Origin: Octopus bimaculoides | Lineage: Eukaryota | DNA: 64,000 nucleotides | Reading direction: 5' to 3' | Assembly: GCF_001194135.2 (NCBI RefSeq) | Contig: NC_069002.1 | Location: 37,413,433-37,477,432 of the forward strand | Part shown: positions 25,131-54,040 of the stretch, piece by piece | Numbering within the stretch: position 1 is the first letter of the stretch | How the letters are laid out: every line of letters starts with the position of its first letter | The notes under the pieces: generated by a model | Databases searched by the model: none | What the model saw: only the letters and a program-made list of their open reading frames with translations | What the model was told of the DNA's origin: nothing | Program-made: the position numbers and the translations under genes

Positions 25131-28104
25131 CAGACATGTATGTGATCATGTATACACATATACGCAGAATACATTCCCAGCAACCTATCATCAGCTGTTG
25201 GTGTTAGTAATCCAGAGCAAAAGAAACAGAAGATTAACTCCTCTATCTTTCTAATCCACCTGAAATCTAACTCGTTAATTCCTGACATATTTTTAATGAG
25301 TCTCTCCTTCTTTTTCCCCCTCATATATTATTCATATATTTTGATATCAGCTGTTTTACCAAAACTGCCATTATCACTCTCATATCTTTTGAAAATTGAT
25401 TTTCCTTTTTATATATTTTTACTTTTGCTTTTTAGTTTATTGAGTAAAAATGAAGTTTTCCAAAATTGGAGTTTTATCACAAAGCTTTCTCTTCTTTCTT
25501 TTTTCTCTTTCTTTATATATTCTGAGACTGTAATTTTCTAAAAATTCTAGTTTTGCTGGTTGACGAAACCTAATCAGTGCAGGTTATAAAATTATTCACA
25601 TTTAAATTATTTTGCATATTGCTATTTTACTAGTGTACTACTCGTTAAAAGTAACGAGGCTTATGTCTGCCTCGGAAATTCTTAAAGGGTTTCCTTCAAA
25701 CCTTGCTTCAGTTTTTTTCTTGTGTTTCATTTTGCCTTCTTGTTAATCTTTTCCCCCAACTCATTTCATTACATCTTCTTTTCCTCTCTCTATATTTCCT
25801 TTGCCTTTTTCTCTCACTGACAATCTTCCTTTTTTTCATTCCCAACATCTCTCTCTCTCTCTCTCATGTATGAATTTCCTTCTTCTCTCTCACTCTTTCT
25901 CTATTACCCTGTTATTCTATCCTATTCACTCTCCAACTCTCCCTCTCTATTATAGAGTTTTCTTGCCTTTCTTTCTCTCTTACTTGTGCTTTCTCTCCCT
26001 CATTCTTTATTCCATTCCTCCCTATATTTTACTGTCTGCTCGTCAACCCTTTTTTATGGTTGTACCTGTTATAAACCTGGGATACATAGAACCAAGACAG
26101 TCATATAGTAATGGCTATTAATTCTTCTCACGGAGTAGACTGCAATATGTGTAACTACCAGTAAAGTAAATCCAAAAACCTGGTCTTCAGCAATCCAGCA
26201 GTACTAGTAATAATGTCCACCAGTATTTGGCTGTTGCCTTTGTCTCCATATCGCAAATGCTTCAGATTGTGAGATCAGTGTTGATTGAAAGATAAAAAGA
26301 ACAGACCAAAATACCAACTGGGATTGTTATTGTCTTTCATGTTCTTGGATTCTTTGATATTGATTCATTGAAGCCAGCTCTGATCCAACTTATTTTATGA
26401 TCAAACTTATTCTATCCATAACTCTCCTATTTTTTTGCTCTAGCCTAATTCAATGTGTCCTTTTTTTTTAAGATGGTAGAGTGTGATCTGAGGGATATTT
26501 GGCTGTTGTGTCTTGTAGGATGCTTGACCACTCAAATGAGTGGTTTCCAACCTTTTAACAATGCAACCCATTTCGACTAATCAGTTTTCCTGTGTGGACC
26601 CCTTTTTTAGTATATTCCAGTGAGGCTTAGTTAACATTTCATCCTCTTTCAGTGTGTGTGTGTGTGTATTTAAGCATATATTTCCTCTTCTTCCATTCTT
26701 CCACCATTAACACAATCATTACAGAGAGAGAGTCTATCCAATCCAGTCCAACAAGAAATAGTGGGTTTTTTTCAATTAGTTAAATTGTAGCCTCCTCCCT
26801 CTTTCTGTCCCCTTTTTTTATTTCTAATACACTGCAATCCTCATTCTGCTTTCTCTTTCTCCCCCCCCCCCCCCGATTCCCCTCTTACTCTCTCTTTCTT
26901 TCTCTGGATTAGTGATTTTCTGTGCACCTTGTTACTATCATTACAATCATCATCATCGTCATCATCATCATCATTGTCATCATAGCTTTGTTACAACCAT
27001 CAACATCATCTTAGCATAATCTGCATCATCAACTCCATCATCATCATCATCATCACCACCAGCAACAATCATCATCATCATCAACACAATATCCTTATCA
27101 GTAACAGCGTAACTGGCCTACATATGTATATATAATCATTAACGATATTGTTAATTAATCTTCTGGTCACTGTAACCAGGTGAAGGTTACAACAGTATTG
27201 AGATCAGATGAAATCCAATCAGATTAGGATTTTATTTGGCAGTCAGGGCTTCACCTCCTCTCACCTTGCTCTCTCTCTCTCTCTCTCTTCACTTAGATTC
27301 TGGTGATATTGCTGCTTCACCTTCCTACAGCATTCACTCATGCAACTGTTATTTTTTAAATCCAGGTCAGAACTGATTGAACTGTGTGCAAATCCATTTG
27401 CCACTAGGGGACAATGCCACACATTCAAATATGCCTCCGAAAACCAATTGAGTCTAATGACTGTGAGAAATGTTATCATGTAACTGTTGGCCAAACCAAG
27501 TTATATGGAGATGCAGTCAACCACACAGCTAGTTGGCAGCCGACAGATCCTTTGCTATTACGACCTGAGGACTATTGCATGTTCTGACAATATGGTGGTT
27601 AATTGAATTGAGAGCAGAAGGATGAGGGCAATCTATATCATGAAAATGGTTGAATACACTGAAGTCATATCATATTGTAATAGTTATTTGTTAAGTCCCA
27701 GGTCAACCTCAGTTGAGTAGTCTTATGGTTAGTCATTCCAACCATGACTATCTTATATTTTATTCAAACAGTGCATCTTGGAATACATTATCCAATGTGT
27801 CACACAGTATTTTTGTTCTTGCTTTTTTTTTTAATCTGTAGAGTGTGATTTGAGGGAAATTTGGCTGTTATTTCTAGCCACTTGAGTGACCAGTTAAAGG
27901 TTCCTTTACTGGTTTGTAACAACTGATCTAAGTCTGTTGTGTGTTATTGAGAAGACAATTTAGAAACCACAGAAGCAACAACAACAGATAATGCTTTGTA
28001 TTCTGGGAGATTAAACTAATTAACCTATTTTGAGATCTATTCTAGGAGTGATAGATTTTTGCATGGAAAGATTATTTGTGTGTGTACACACACACATCAT
28101 CATC

Positions 28105-28410
28105 TCATCATTTAACATCCACCTTCCATGCTGGCAAGGGTTGGATGGTTTGACAGGAGCTGGTAAGCCAGAGGACTGTGCCAAGCTCTACTGTTTACTT
28201 TGGCATGGTCTCTATGGCTGGATGCCCTTCTTAATGCCAACCACTTTATTGAGTGGACCGGGTGCTTTTTACATGGCACCAGCACTAGCAAGGTCACCAA
28301 GTAAGTTGCAAGACAAAAATCCCTTAACTGAGAATGGGAGCAGAATTGAGGGAGATAGCTTTGTACCAGAAGATGAGAGGTTAGTGTATGGCAGAGGGAT
28401 AGAAACAGGT
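28105..28410 (-). mobile_element. RTE-type 3'UTR/tail repeat
   Basis: Same family as 3960-4130 and 8620-8830. Confidence 0.65.
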
Positions 28411-28420
28411 ATCATACTAT

Positions 28421-29337
28421 AAGTTCCTGGAAGACAGTGTCACTCCTGGAAATGTGGAGAAAATTTATCAGCTTTGGCATGAGGATCATTGGAGGACAAT
28501 CAATGATTTTACTGATGTTGTTGGTCTGTCGTATGCCTGAGCACCATGCAAGCAATCTTAACATCTGAATTGAACCAGCGGCATGTCTCTGCCAAATTTG
28601 CTCCCTGCCTGACCACAGAAAGAACATGCCATTGAGGACCCATCCTTCATGTCGAGGATCATCATCAGTGACAAGAGTTGGGTCTATGAGTGCGACCCTG
28701 AGACAAAGCAGCAATCGTCACAATGGAAGACCCCTTAAGCTCCATGACCGAAGAATGCATGACAGTGCCACTGCTCAATCAAGAGTGTGTTCATCATTTT
28801 TTTCAACATCCGCAGTATTGTGCATCAAGAATTTGCCCCCCCCCCCTTCCCTGGGCCAGACCATCAATCGAGAGTTCTACTGTGATGTTTTGAAGTGTTT
28901 GAAGGCAAAACATTAGGTGAAAGCAACCGGATCTGTGGAGTGCAAGGAATTGAATTTTTCCTGATAACAATGTCACTGAGCTTTTCTCACTGATGAGTTT
29001 CTTGCCAAAAACAACATGGTATCACTTCCACACCCACCCTTTTCACCTGATTTAGCATCTGTGGACTTCCATCTTTTCCCCAAGATGAAAGTGCAGCTCA
29101 GAGGTCACCGTTTTAACACTGTTGTCCAAATCCAGAGCAATTGGAGAAGCTCTTTGATTCATTTGTAGAAAAAGACTTCCAGGCCAGATTCCAAAAGTGA
29201 CAGGAATACTGGGACTGGTGTATCGCTGTGCTCGGTGACTATTTTGAAAGAGATGATGCTATAACTTTGGTAAATAAGTTATTTTGTTTTTTTATTAAAC
29301 ATAATTAAGTCCAGGAACTTTTGAGAATTACCTTCAC
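28421..29337 (+). mobile_element. Degenerate mariner (DD34D) transposon with 5' internal deletion
   Basis: IIISDKSWVYECDPETKQQSSQWKTP (TGDE.W), GQTINREFYCDVLK, HPPFSPDLASVDFHLFPKMK (YSPDL). TIR core AAGTTCCTGGA at 28421 and its complement TCCAGGAACTT at 29310. Confidence 0.9.
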
Positions 29338-29340
29338 GTC

Positions 29341-29690
29341 AGCCTGATTGCTTGAACCCTAGTTGACTTTCACCTTTTTAACTCATAGACTTTCTCTAGG
29401 GTTCAGGTCAGGTGAATTATTTGGCCCACTGATGTGAGGATTAGTAAACCAAGCAGTGGTTGGTTTGACATTCTGTGCAGGCGTTGAATCCTCTTAAAAT
29501 CGGAATTCAGCAGCATCAAACAGCTTGTTGGTTGCTTCAAGAGGTTTTGATAAACCATTGTGTTGATTGTGATTCAGATTAAACACAATGGTCCAGTACA
29601 TGCGTATAACATTGCACCCAAACTGTCACTGACTGGAACTTCGAATCGCTGAGGTTGAAGAGTTTGGAGGAGGGCTGCAGAGGCACAGAA
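29341..29690 (-). mobile_element. Tc1 (DD34E) transposase remnant
   Basis: Minus strand F*EDSTPAQNVKPTTAWFT..GPNNSPDLNPRESL* (FQQDNAP..H and SPDLNPIENLW motifs), with upstream SVTVW..GPLC. Confidence 0.8.
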
Positions 29691-30689
29691 CTAGGATTTT
29701 TATGCATCTAGGGCTACATTATTCAGTGCCTCACACACACCATTTTATAGATGGTAGTCTGTAATCTGAGAGAGATTTGGCTACAGTGTTTTTCTTTTTT
29801 TCATATTAAGCAAACATTCTCTTCTTGGTTTGACCCTGGTTGGTTCTGAGCAAAGAAAATACCCGATCCAACTGTATCAAGCAGTTATCTTATCTTTCTG
29901 TATCCTCAACTTTTAAATGGTTACATTCCTATTGTATATTGTTTCATAATACTGTGTACATTTTTTTTTTTTGTTCTTAGGTCAGTAAGTGTTATTTCTT
30001 ATTTGATTCTGTGTAGAAATCAACGGTAATAACTACTATTCCCTTCAAACTTTGACCTGGACCTATTTTCCATTACATTTCACACAGATTCAGTTTGCTG
30101 AGTTGCTGAAGCAGAAATATCATTATAGCAAATATTCTGCTCAATACCACAGATTTGCTTATCAGATGCTTGACCTTAACCACTTGAACATGGTTGACAA
30201 TATGTACAACTCTAATTATGAACAGGAGTAGTGGGGGAGCATCATAGCCATGCGTTGAGAGGGATTGTTTGGGGATTTAAATAAATGTAACAAAAGCAAA
30301 GTTTGAAAGAAATATTAGCCATTTTCCATACATATTCTAAGGGAAGCCAATAACAGTTGCTACCCAAGGACAACAATAATCTATTACACAGAGTAAGCCA
30401 GATGCATACAAGTTGACCAACCTTATTCAATAATTAGATTTCTTTTTTTTCTATACTTTTTTGGTTGCAAATTCATAAATGAAGAATATTCTTTCTTTCT
30501 TTCTTTCTTTCTGCCGATTGTCTCAAGGTCTTCTTCAGATCCCGTATAATTAGCCGCATCATCTCATCATCTTTTTGTAAACAAGCATCAGCATCATTAA
30601 AGTGCTCACTGTTGTCCTACTGATATCTCTCTCTCTTTAAAACTTGAAATTCCAAGTAATTTCATCACTCCTTACTTCTATTGTACTTC

Positions 30690-30720
<31 letters not shown>

Positions 30721-30753
30721 CATGTGTGTACGTGTGTGTGTGTGTGTGCATGT

Positions 30754-30790
<37 letters not shown>

Positions 30791-31079
30791 TCTCTCTCTC
30801 TCTCTCTCACATACACCATATCTCTGAATGTGTGTGTACCTACCTCTATTTACAGCTCTCTCTCTACTCATTTCTCCTTCCCTCCCTTCTTCCCCTCTCT
30901 ATCTATTTTCACTTCTCTCTTTCCAAGTCTATCTTTATATCCATTTGTGTATACCTAACTCTCTCTTTCTCTCTCGGGTCTGTTTCCATGTCTCTCTAAT
31001 AATATCGTCTGCCTGTATATCTTATTCGTTTTTTACTACTCCCTGTCTCTCTTTCTTCCTCCCCCTCTCTCTCTGTATG

Positions 31080-31116
<37 letters not shown>

Positions 31117-31160
31117 TATCCTTATTTTCTTCACTTTCTTTTCTTTCTCCCACTCTTATG

Positions 31161-31192
<32 letters not shown>

Positions 31193-32403
31193 CATACATT
31201 CTCTCTCTGAATGGTGTATTTTCATTCCTTCCTTTTCCTACTTTCTCTTCAGTTGTGTCGTTAATAAAGTCAATACAGAAATATAGATCTGATCGATTAG
31301 CTCTGTCCCACCACACACAGAGACACCTATCTACCCAACGGAAAGATGGAGTTAAACTGTAATGTCGTTGTTCGCTATCGAGCTTATTACTGCTACTCCC
31401 ACTACCACCACCACTGCCACCACCACCACCACCAACACCACCACTCCCACTACCACCACCACTCCTACCACTATTTCATCTGATAAACTGAAAATGCCTC
31501 CCTTTCATGTAACATGTGGTTCATTTTGGTATCATATCTGCAAAACTGACTGCATTTGGTGTGTGCATGTAATGCAATGGTGTCAATATGCCAATAGTGA
31601 TGCTGTTGATGATGAAAGTGTGTGTAGAATATGTTAATGGTGATGATGATGCTGTGTTCATATGATGATGATGATGTACATGTGTGTCTGGGTATAATAG
31701 TAATGTCAGTAATGATGGTGTTGATGGTGACACAAATGCAAACATATAATCAGTGGTTGTGTGTGTATCTGTCTGTTTGTCTGTCTGATAACGAAGGCAG
31801 CTATTCACAATATAAAACCAAAAAATAAAAATTCAGTTGCCACTAATTGAAACTGAGATGGTGCAGGGTAGCACCTACATTGCTAGAAATAAGAGTTTAA
31901 AAAACCCTGAGAGCCACAAGGAAGCACATATTCATTCACTGACAGGGGAGATAACCACCCCACAGAAAACAAGATCACTCTACTAGTCTCGTTTTGCTTA
32001 AAATTAAATCTCATCTGTGGTGACGATTCCATCACTGGATGGTTTGGCTAGATCCTGCCTGTCAGTACATAAGTATTTACTTACCATATGAATCAATGGC
32101 TGACTCAGCAACAGACCCTCACTGTTTTCATTCCATTCCATCCACATTTATGTTATGAATTTTTTTTTTTTTTTTTTGCGGTTCGTTTCAATCACTGTTG
32201 GTAATGACCATATAAGGAAGACAGAATAAATAAAATCAGCAAAAACATGCCATCCATTGTTTGTCACTAATGAAGAATACATTACATCCGCTTGCATTGG
32301 AGACCAAGAGAGAGATTGATCTGGTTGTTAGAGAAACCTGGGCCATGATTTGTTGGGGGAGTATCTGACTTGTCTGTCAATAAAGGTGATGGATCGCTCT
32401 ATA

Positions 32404-32437
<34 letters not shown>

Positions 32438-34489
32438 ACATTGCAATTGTTTTTTTATGGTAGTCAGAATAATGGAAAGCCTTCAGAGTCCTTCCCTTAG
32501 TCAAGGTTCTGACACGACCAATGTTCATTTTGAGGGCTTCGAAGAAAACCCGAGCAAAGTTCTCAGAAGGAAGAACTGGTTAGAGTGGTTAGTGAAGGGA
32601 ATAAATGGGGGACACACACACACTATGAATAACAAAACAAGAAGAGTGGGTCACAAGTGCTTGAGCAGATGTGACGTGAGACTAACCAAAATGAGTTGAG
32701 GCAACTGTACCAGCTGCAGAGAAAGTAGAGAGAAGAGACAGGACATCTGTAAGTTAAAGATATTGTTGTTGTCTTCATTATTGAAATCCTTTGTAGTTTA
32801 TCTTAGGGTATTCCCAGTCAGCTCCATCACCCATTGGCAATTTTGTTTCTATATCAGTCAGTGTTTTTTGCTAATTGTTCAGCATTTTTAATATTTTTTT
32901 TTCACTTTCTCCACATTTGTTTTGATTATATTAAATCAGATCTACTTTTGGTGTGATTTTGTGTATTTTTGGTGCCTAAGTAGTAATAAGATGAGATATG
33001 TAAACAATATATGTATGTGAGCATTCTTTTTTCCTGGAACATATGGCAACCATCAATGATATGCAATGAACAGTAGAGATGTAGATTCCACCAGCTGAAT
33101 GCATGTAACTAATCTAAAAGAGTAGTAACTACAAATAAAAAAAATAAATAAAACTGGTCAATGTGGACTTTTTAATTTTTACCATAGCCAACTTCTCAAA
33201 TGCCAGTATCACAATAGAATATTGTGTAAAGTGGTTGAATGATATAAAGGGCAGCCAGTTCTAAGAATTATAGTCCCCTCCTCCACAATAACAAAGATGG
33301 CCAGTTCTCACCATTGCTGTTAACCAATCCAACCCATTCCTAAGCCATTGCTATTCCTACACTGGTCAAATATCAGCCCTTTAAAGCATTTGATTATGCA
33401 TTCAAAAGGGTTGGGAGTTGAAGTAGGGAAGCATAATTTCATATTTTGAAAAGGATGGAAGAGAGAAACTAGATGGAAAATCTTTGGTAAAATGTTTCAA
33501 AGAAAGAAAGAATCCTAGTGAAATCTTTTTTTACAAACTACACAACAACTATAACAGTCCAATTGATGAATAATAATCCTGTTAAAGCTGTTATCAGTAT
33601 TTTAGTATTAATCCATTTGAGATATAAAACTTTCCATAACTATATCCATAAATAAATGAAATTTCCCTCAAATTATAGAAACAGTCCAACTGAAAATTTA
33701 ATTAGCTTTAATGAAACATTTGCAATATTCAATAAGTTCATTTAGATGTACATACATGCACTGAAAAAATAATCCACAACAAAAAATAGAAATCAACTTT
33801 TAATTAGTATTTTCAATAAATATAATTAATTCAAGCAAGTGTACCAATTTCCCATTCAGAAATAGGTTTTGTATCCATTGAAAAGAAATTCATATTTTTA
33901 TCGATCGATCAGCCAAGGCAAAGTTGTTAGAGCAAGGAATAAGACTGTCTTGCAATATTCAATCCATCCTGTGCCTGAGTCTAAATTCTACAGACGTCAA
34001 CTTTGCACTTTTATCTTTTCAGGGTTAATAAATAAAACGAATCAACCCCAGTACTTATCCTTTTTAAGGCCTCTTGCTTATTCTATTAATCTCTTTTGCC
34101 AAACCGCTAAGTACAAGATGTAAACACACCAATATCAGTTGTCACGTGGTACCGGAGGACAAATGCGGACACAAAGATACATACACATAAATAAAAAAGA
34201 AGATACCATAGCTTTAGAATTGTAATGAATTTCAAATCAAGAGGACACTTGGCAACCAAAGACTCAACTTTGTACTTTTGTGTAAGATATCCTCAAGATA
34301 TCACACTGATATTATTTGATATTGTTCTAGAGAACATTTCATTTTTCAACTTTTCTTCTTTAATGGTGGTGGTGGGGTGTCTTTATTGTTAAAACTGAAT
34401 ACAAAATTAATTAGATTTGGATGTAGAATAACTTATTGAATAATTTATTTATGATCAGAACTGTGAAGCCTAAAATAAAAAAGAAATAT

Positions 34490-34715
34490 GGAAAATAATT
34501 CTTTCTACTACATGTACAAAGCCTGAATATTTTGAAGTAGGATCTAATTGATTACATTGACCCCAGCGTTCAACTGATACTTATTTTTATCAACCCCCAA
34601 AAGATGAAAGGCAAGGTCAGCCTTGGCAGAATTTGAACTCAGAACATAAATCTGGAAGAAATGCTGTGAAGCATTTTGTCCTGTGTGCTAATGATTCTGC
34701 AAGTTCGCTGCCTTA
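34490..34715 (-). mobile_element. SINE family A copy (antisense)
   Basis: Reverse complement starts AAGGCAGCGAACTTGCAGAATCATTAGCAC..GTTCTGAGTTCAAATTCTGCCAAGG. Confidence 0.8.
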
Positions 34716-36150
34716 AGAAAAGCGAAGAGGATGAAGAGAAATATGAATTACTTTTAGGAACATTTTCATTATTTCCTATCCGATATTTATGAGATGTTGT
34801 GTACTAATATTGGCCAATCCACTTTCGTTATTGACCTTAATCCAGCAAGTTCAATAACTTCATTAAGTCTTACATCACATTTGCTAGAACTTTATTATCT
34901 TCACAAACCAACAAGGGAACCAGTATGTGATCATTCAGCCTGCAGAAGTAACAATCAAATTCCCTCACTGCATCCTACCATTCTAAAGAGAAACTGGGAT
35001 GGTCACAACTGGGATGGTCACAACTGGAATGGCTCTGGTCATAGGTCTCTTCAGTCAAGGATGACCTTGAGCTAAACAACAACATCAACAATAACTGAAC
35101 ATTCAATTGCAAAATGGGTTTTCACTTTCAACCTTAGATACAAGAGATAGATACAATGTTCAGATCCAAAGGGATAGATACAAGGTTCAAATCCCTTTAT
35201 TGATCATATTTCTCTTGTCTGTCTTATACAAAATTCTTACAATATCCTGTTAAATCTATGACTGATGGGAAATACCCAGGCCCACTTTAATTAATAGTAA
35301 AGTTGATACTAATGGATTTGATGAGCCAAGAAATAAAGGTGGCTAATTGGCAGAACCATTACAATATTGGCCAAAAGGCTTTACAGTATTTATTCCAGCT
35401 CTCTGCAGTCTGAGTCGAAATGCTACTGAGATGACCTTTGCCCTTCGTCCTTTTGGAGTCAATGAAATAAAATACCAGTCCAGAACGGTACGTTGGTGGA
35501 ATGGTTAGAGTTGGGCAAAATGCTTTGTAGGATTAATGTTATTACATTCTGTTGCAAGCACTGGGTCATGTCTTTTGTTTGAGAATTATACCCTTCTTTC
35601 TCCTCACCAAGTCTCTGGGGCCATGGAAAGTAAAGGGTCATGGGAACTACCCTTCTTTCCTTGACCAAGCAGTAAAGAAGTAATTCAATTTCATCTGAAG
35701 TGAAGTGAAAAGAGAAAAACATTCTCTAAATGGTTAATTCTGGTTTGCTCTTTGGTAACCATAGAGACAACTCCAGATATGTTTCACTCAGACCTCTTCA
35801 CTCAAATATAGTGTACTGATACTTGCCAGACTTTAGAATGACTGAAGAGTTGGAGTGAATAAACATTGGCAGGTAAATATGTGAGAATTTAAATGAATGA
35901 CTGCAGGAAAATTAGTCAAGGACCATCTTCTGCATGGAAAATGCTTATTTAAGCCATATTTAATGGGTGTTTCTTTTTTCTTTTGCAACTGTCTTATATT
36001 TTAATTATTTTAATTATTTTAATTATTTCAGATAGGTCCTTGTAATAGCTGGCACCCTTTAAATCTATGTTTCTGTCTCTATTTCCATCCTGATGTCTGC
36101 TGTAGTGACTAAAATCCTATCAAATGCCTGCTTTTTATTTTCATTTGCAG

Positions 36151-52816
<16,666 letters not shown>

Positions 52817-52990
52817 TGACAAGGCAACTGACTTGACGACAACTTTACATTTCAAACCAATAATGACGAGAACCAAACTGTCAAGACCAAACAGTTTGTT
52901 TTTTACTGGGGTTGTACGTTAGAGTTTGTTTTTTCTCTTCAGTAACTTTGGAATCAGTGAAGTTCCAAACGTGAGTGATACAGATGTGGA

Positions 52991-52996
52991 AATAAA
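52991..52996 (+). promoter_or_regulatory. Candidate proximal polyadenylation signal (AATAAA)
   Basis: First AATAAA seen after the stop, about 175 nt downstream. The hexamer is common in AT-rich DNA, so use is unproven. Confidence 0.3.
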
Positions 52997-53339
52997 GAAA
53001 ATGTTTAACAAAAATTTAGAAAAATTACAAAAAATTGATGAGGTCCATTACAAAGAGCGAATTTTGAAAGAAAACAAATGCCTAAATATTAGGACGCCTG
53101 CTCTTACTCCCTATTTTTAAGCTGCTGTTGCTGGTACAGTCAAATACAGATGTCTTCTTTTCTTTTTTCCTCTTCTTATAAGTTCACTTTCTTTCTCCAG
53201 TATTCTGATCTCATAACGACCCACAATCCTCAGTTGCTTTAACAAACTAAACATATCACAACTACACATTATTTTATGCAGTTCGCTTCTACATTTTATT
53301 TTCTCTCTTTCACAAGTTTTCTAACTATAATCTGTCCTT

Positions 53340-54040
53340 CTGTTAATCTATCCATATTTCATCTCTACTTTCCTGTACCTATCTAGCTAGTTCTATAGCT
53401 AATTAACCCTCTGTATATTTGACTAAGTTGGTAGCTAACTATCTATCTTTTTAGCTTCTCAGCTAGATAGGAAACTACTTACCTATCTATTTACCTTTCT
53501 ATCTGCATTTATCTATATCAAACTATCCACCTACTAACCTATAGAGTTGATTACCCATATATCTGAATAGCTAATTTACTTATCATATTAATCTTGCTAG
53601 CTACCTAGCATGCTGATTTCTACTTNNNNNNNNNNNNNNNNNNNNNNNNNNNNNNNNNNNNNNNNNNNNNNNNNNNNNNNNNNNNNNNNNNNNNNNNNNN
53701 NNNNNNNNNNNNNNNNNNNNNNNNNNNNNNNNNNNNNNNNNNNNNNNNNNNNNNNNNNNNNNTATATATGATGGTGATGATATATATGCATCTATCTATT
53801 TATCTGTCTATCTTTAAGTAGCTAGCCAGCTAGCTAGTTACCTACCTACCTACCTACCTATCACCTACCTACCTCTCTAACTAGCTATCAATATCTATTT
53901 ACCTACTTATCTATCAAGCTGACAACTATCTAAATAGCTTCCTAGCTAGCTAACTTCCTACTTACCTATTTTAGAATCATACTATCTAGTTAGCTAACCC
54001 CCCCCCTCTCTCTATATATATATATACATATATATATACA
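53340..54040. repeat. Degenerate TATC/TAGC/TACC tetranucleotide mosaic
   Basis: Runs of ctatctat, tagctagc and tacctacc on both sides of the gap at 53626-53762. Confidence 0.8.

Noticed and set aside
31362-31512. Thr-rich ORF (MSLFAIELITATPTTTT...) that could splice in phase 0 onto coding exon 1
   Set aside because: The donor CAT|GTAACA is poor, and similar (ACC/ACT)n tracts occur at 45250 and 46770 without coding signs.
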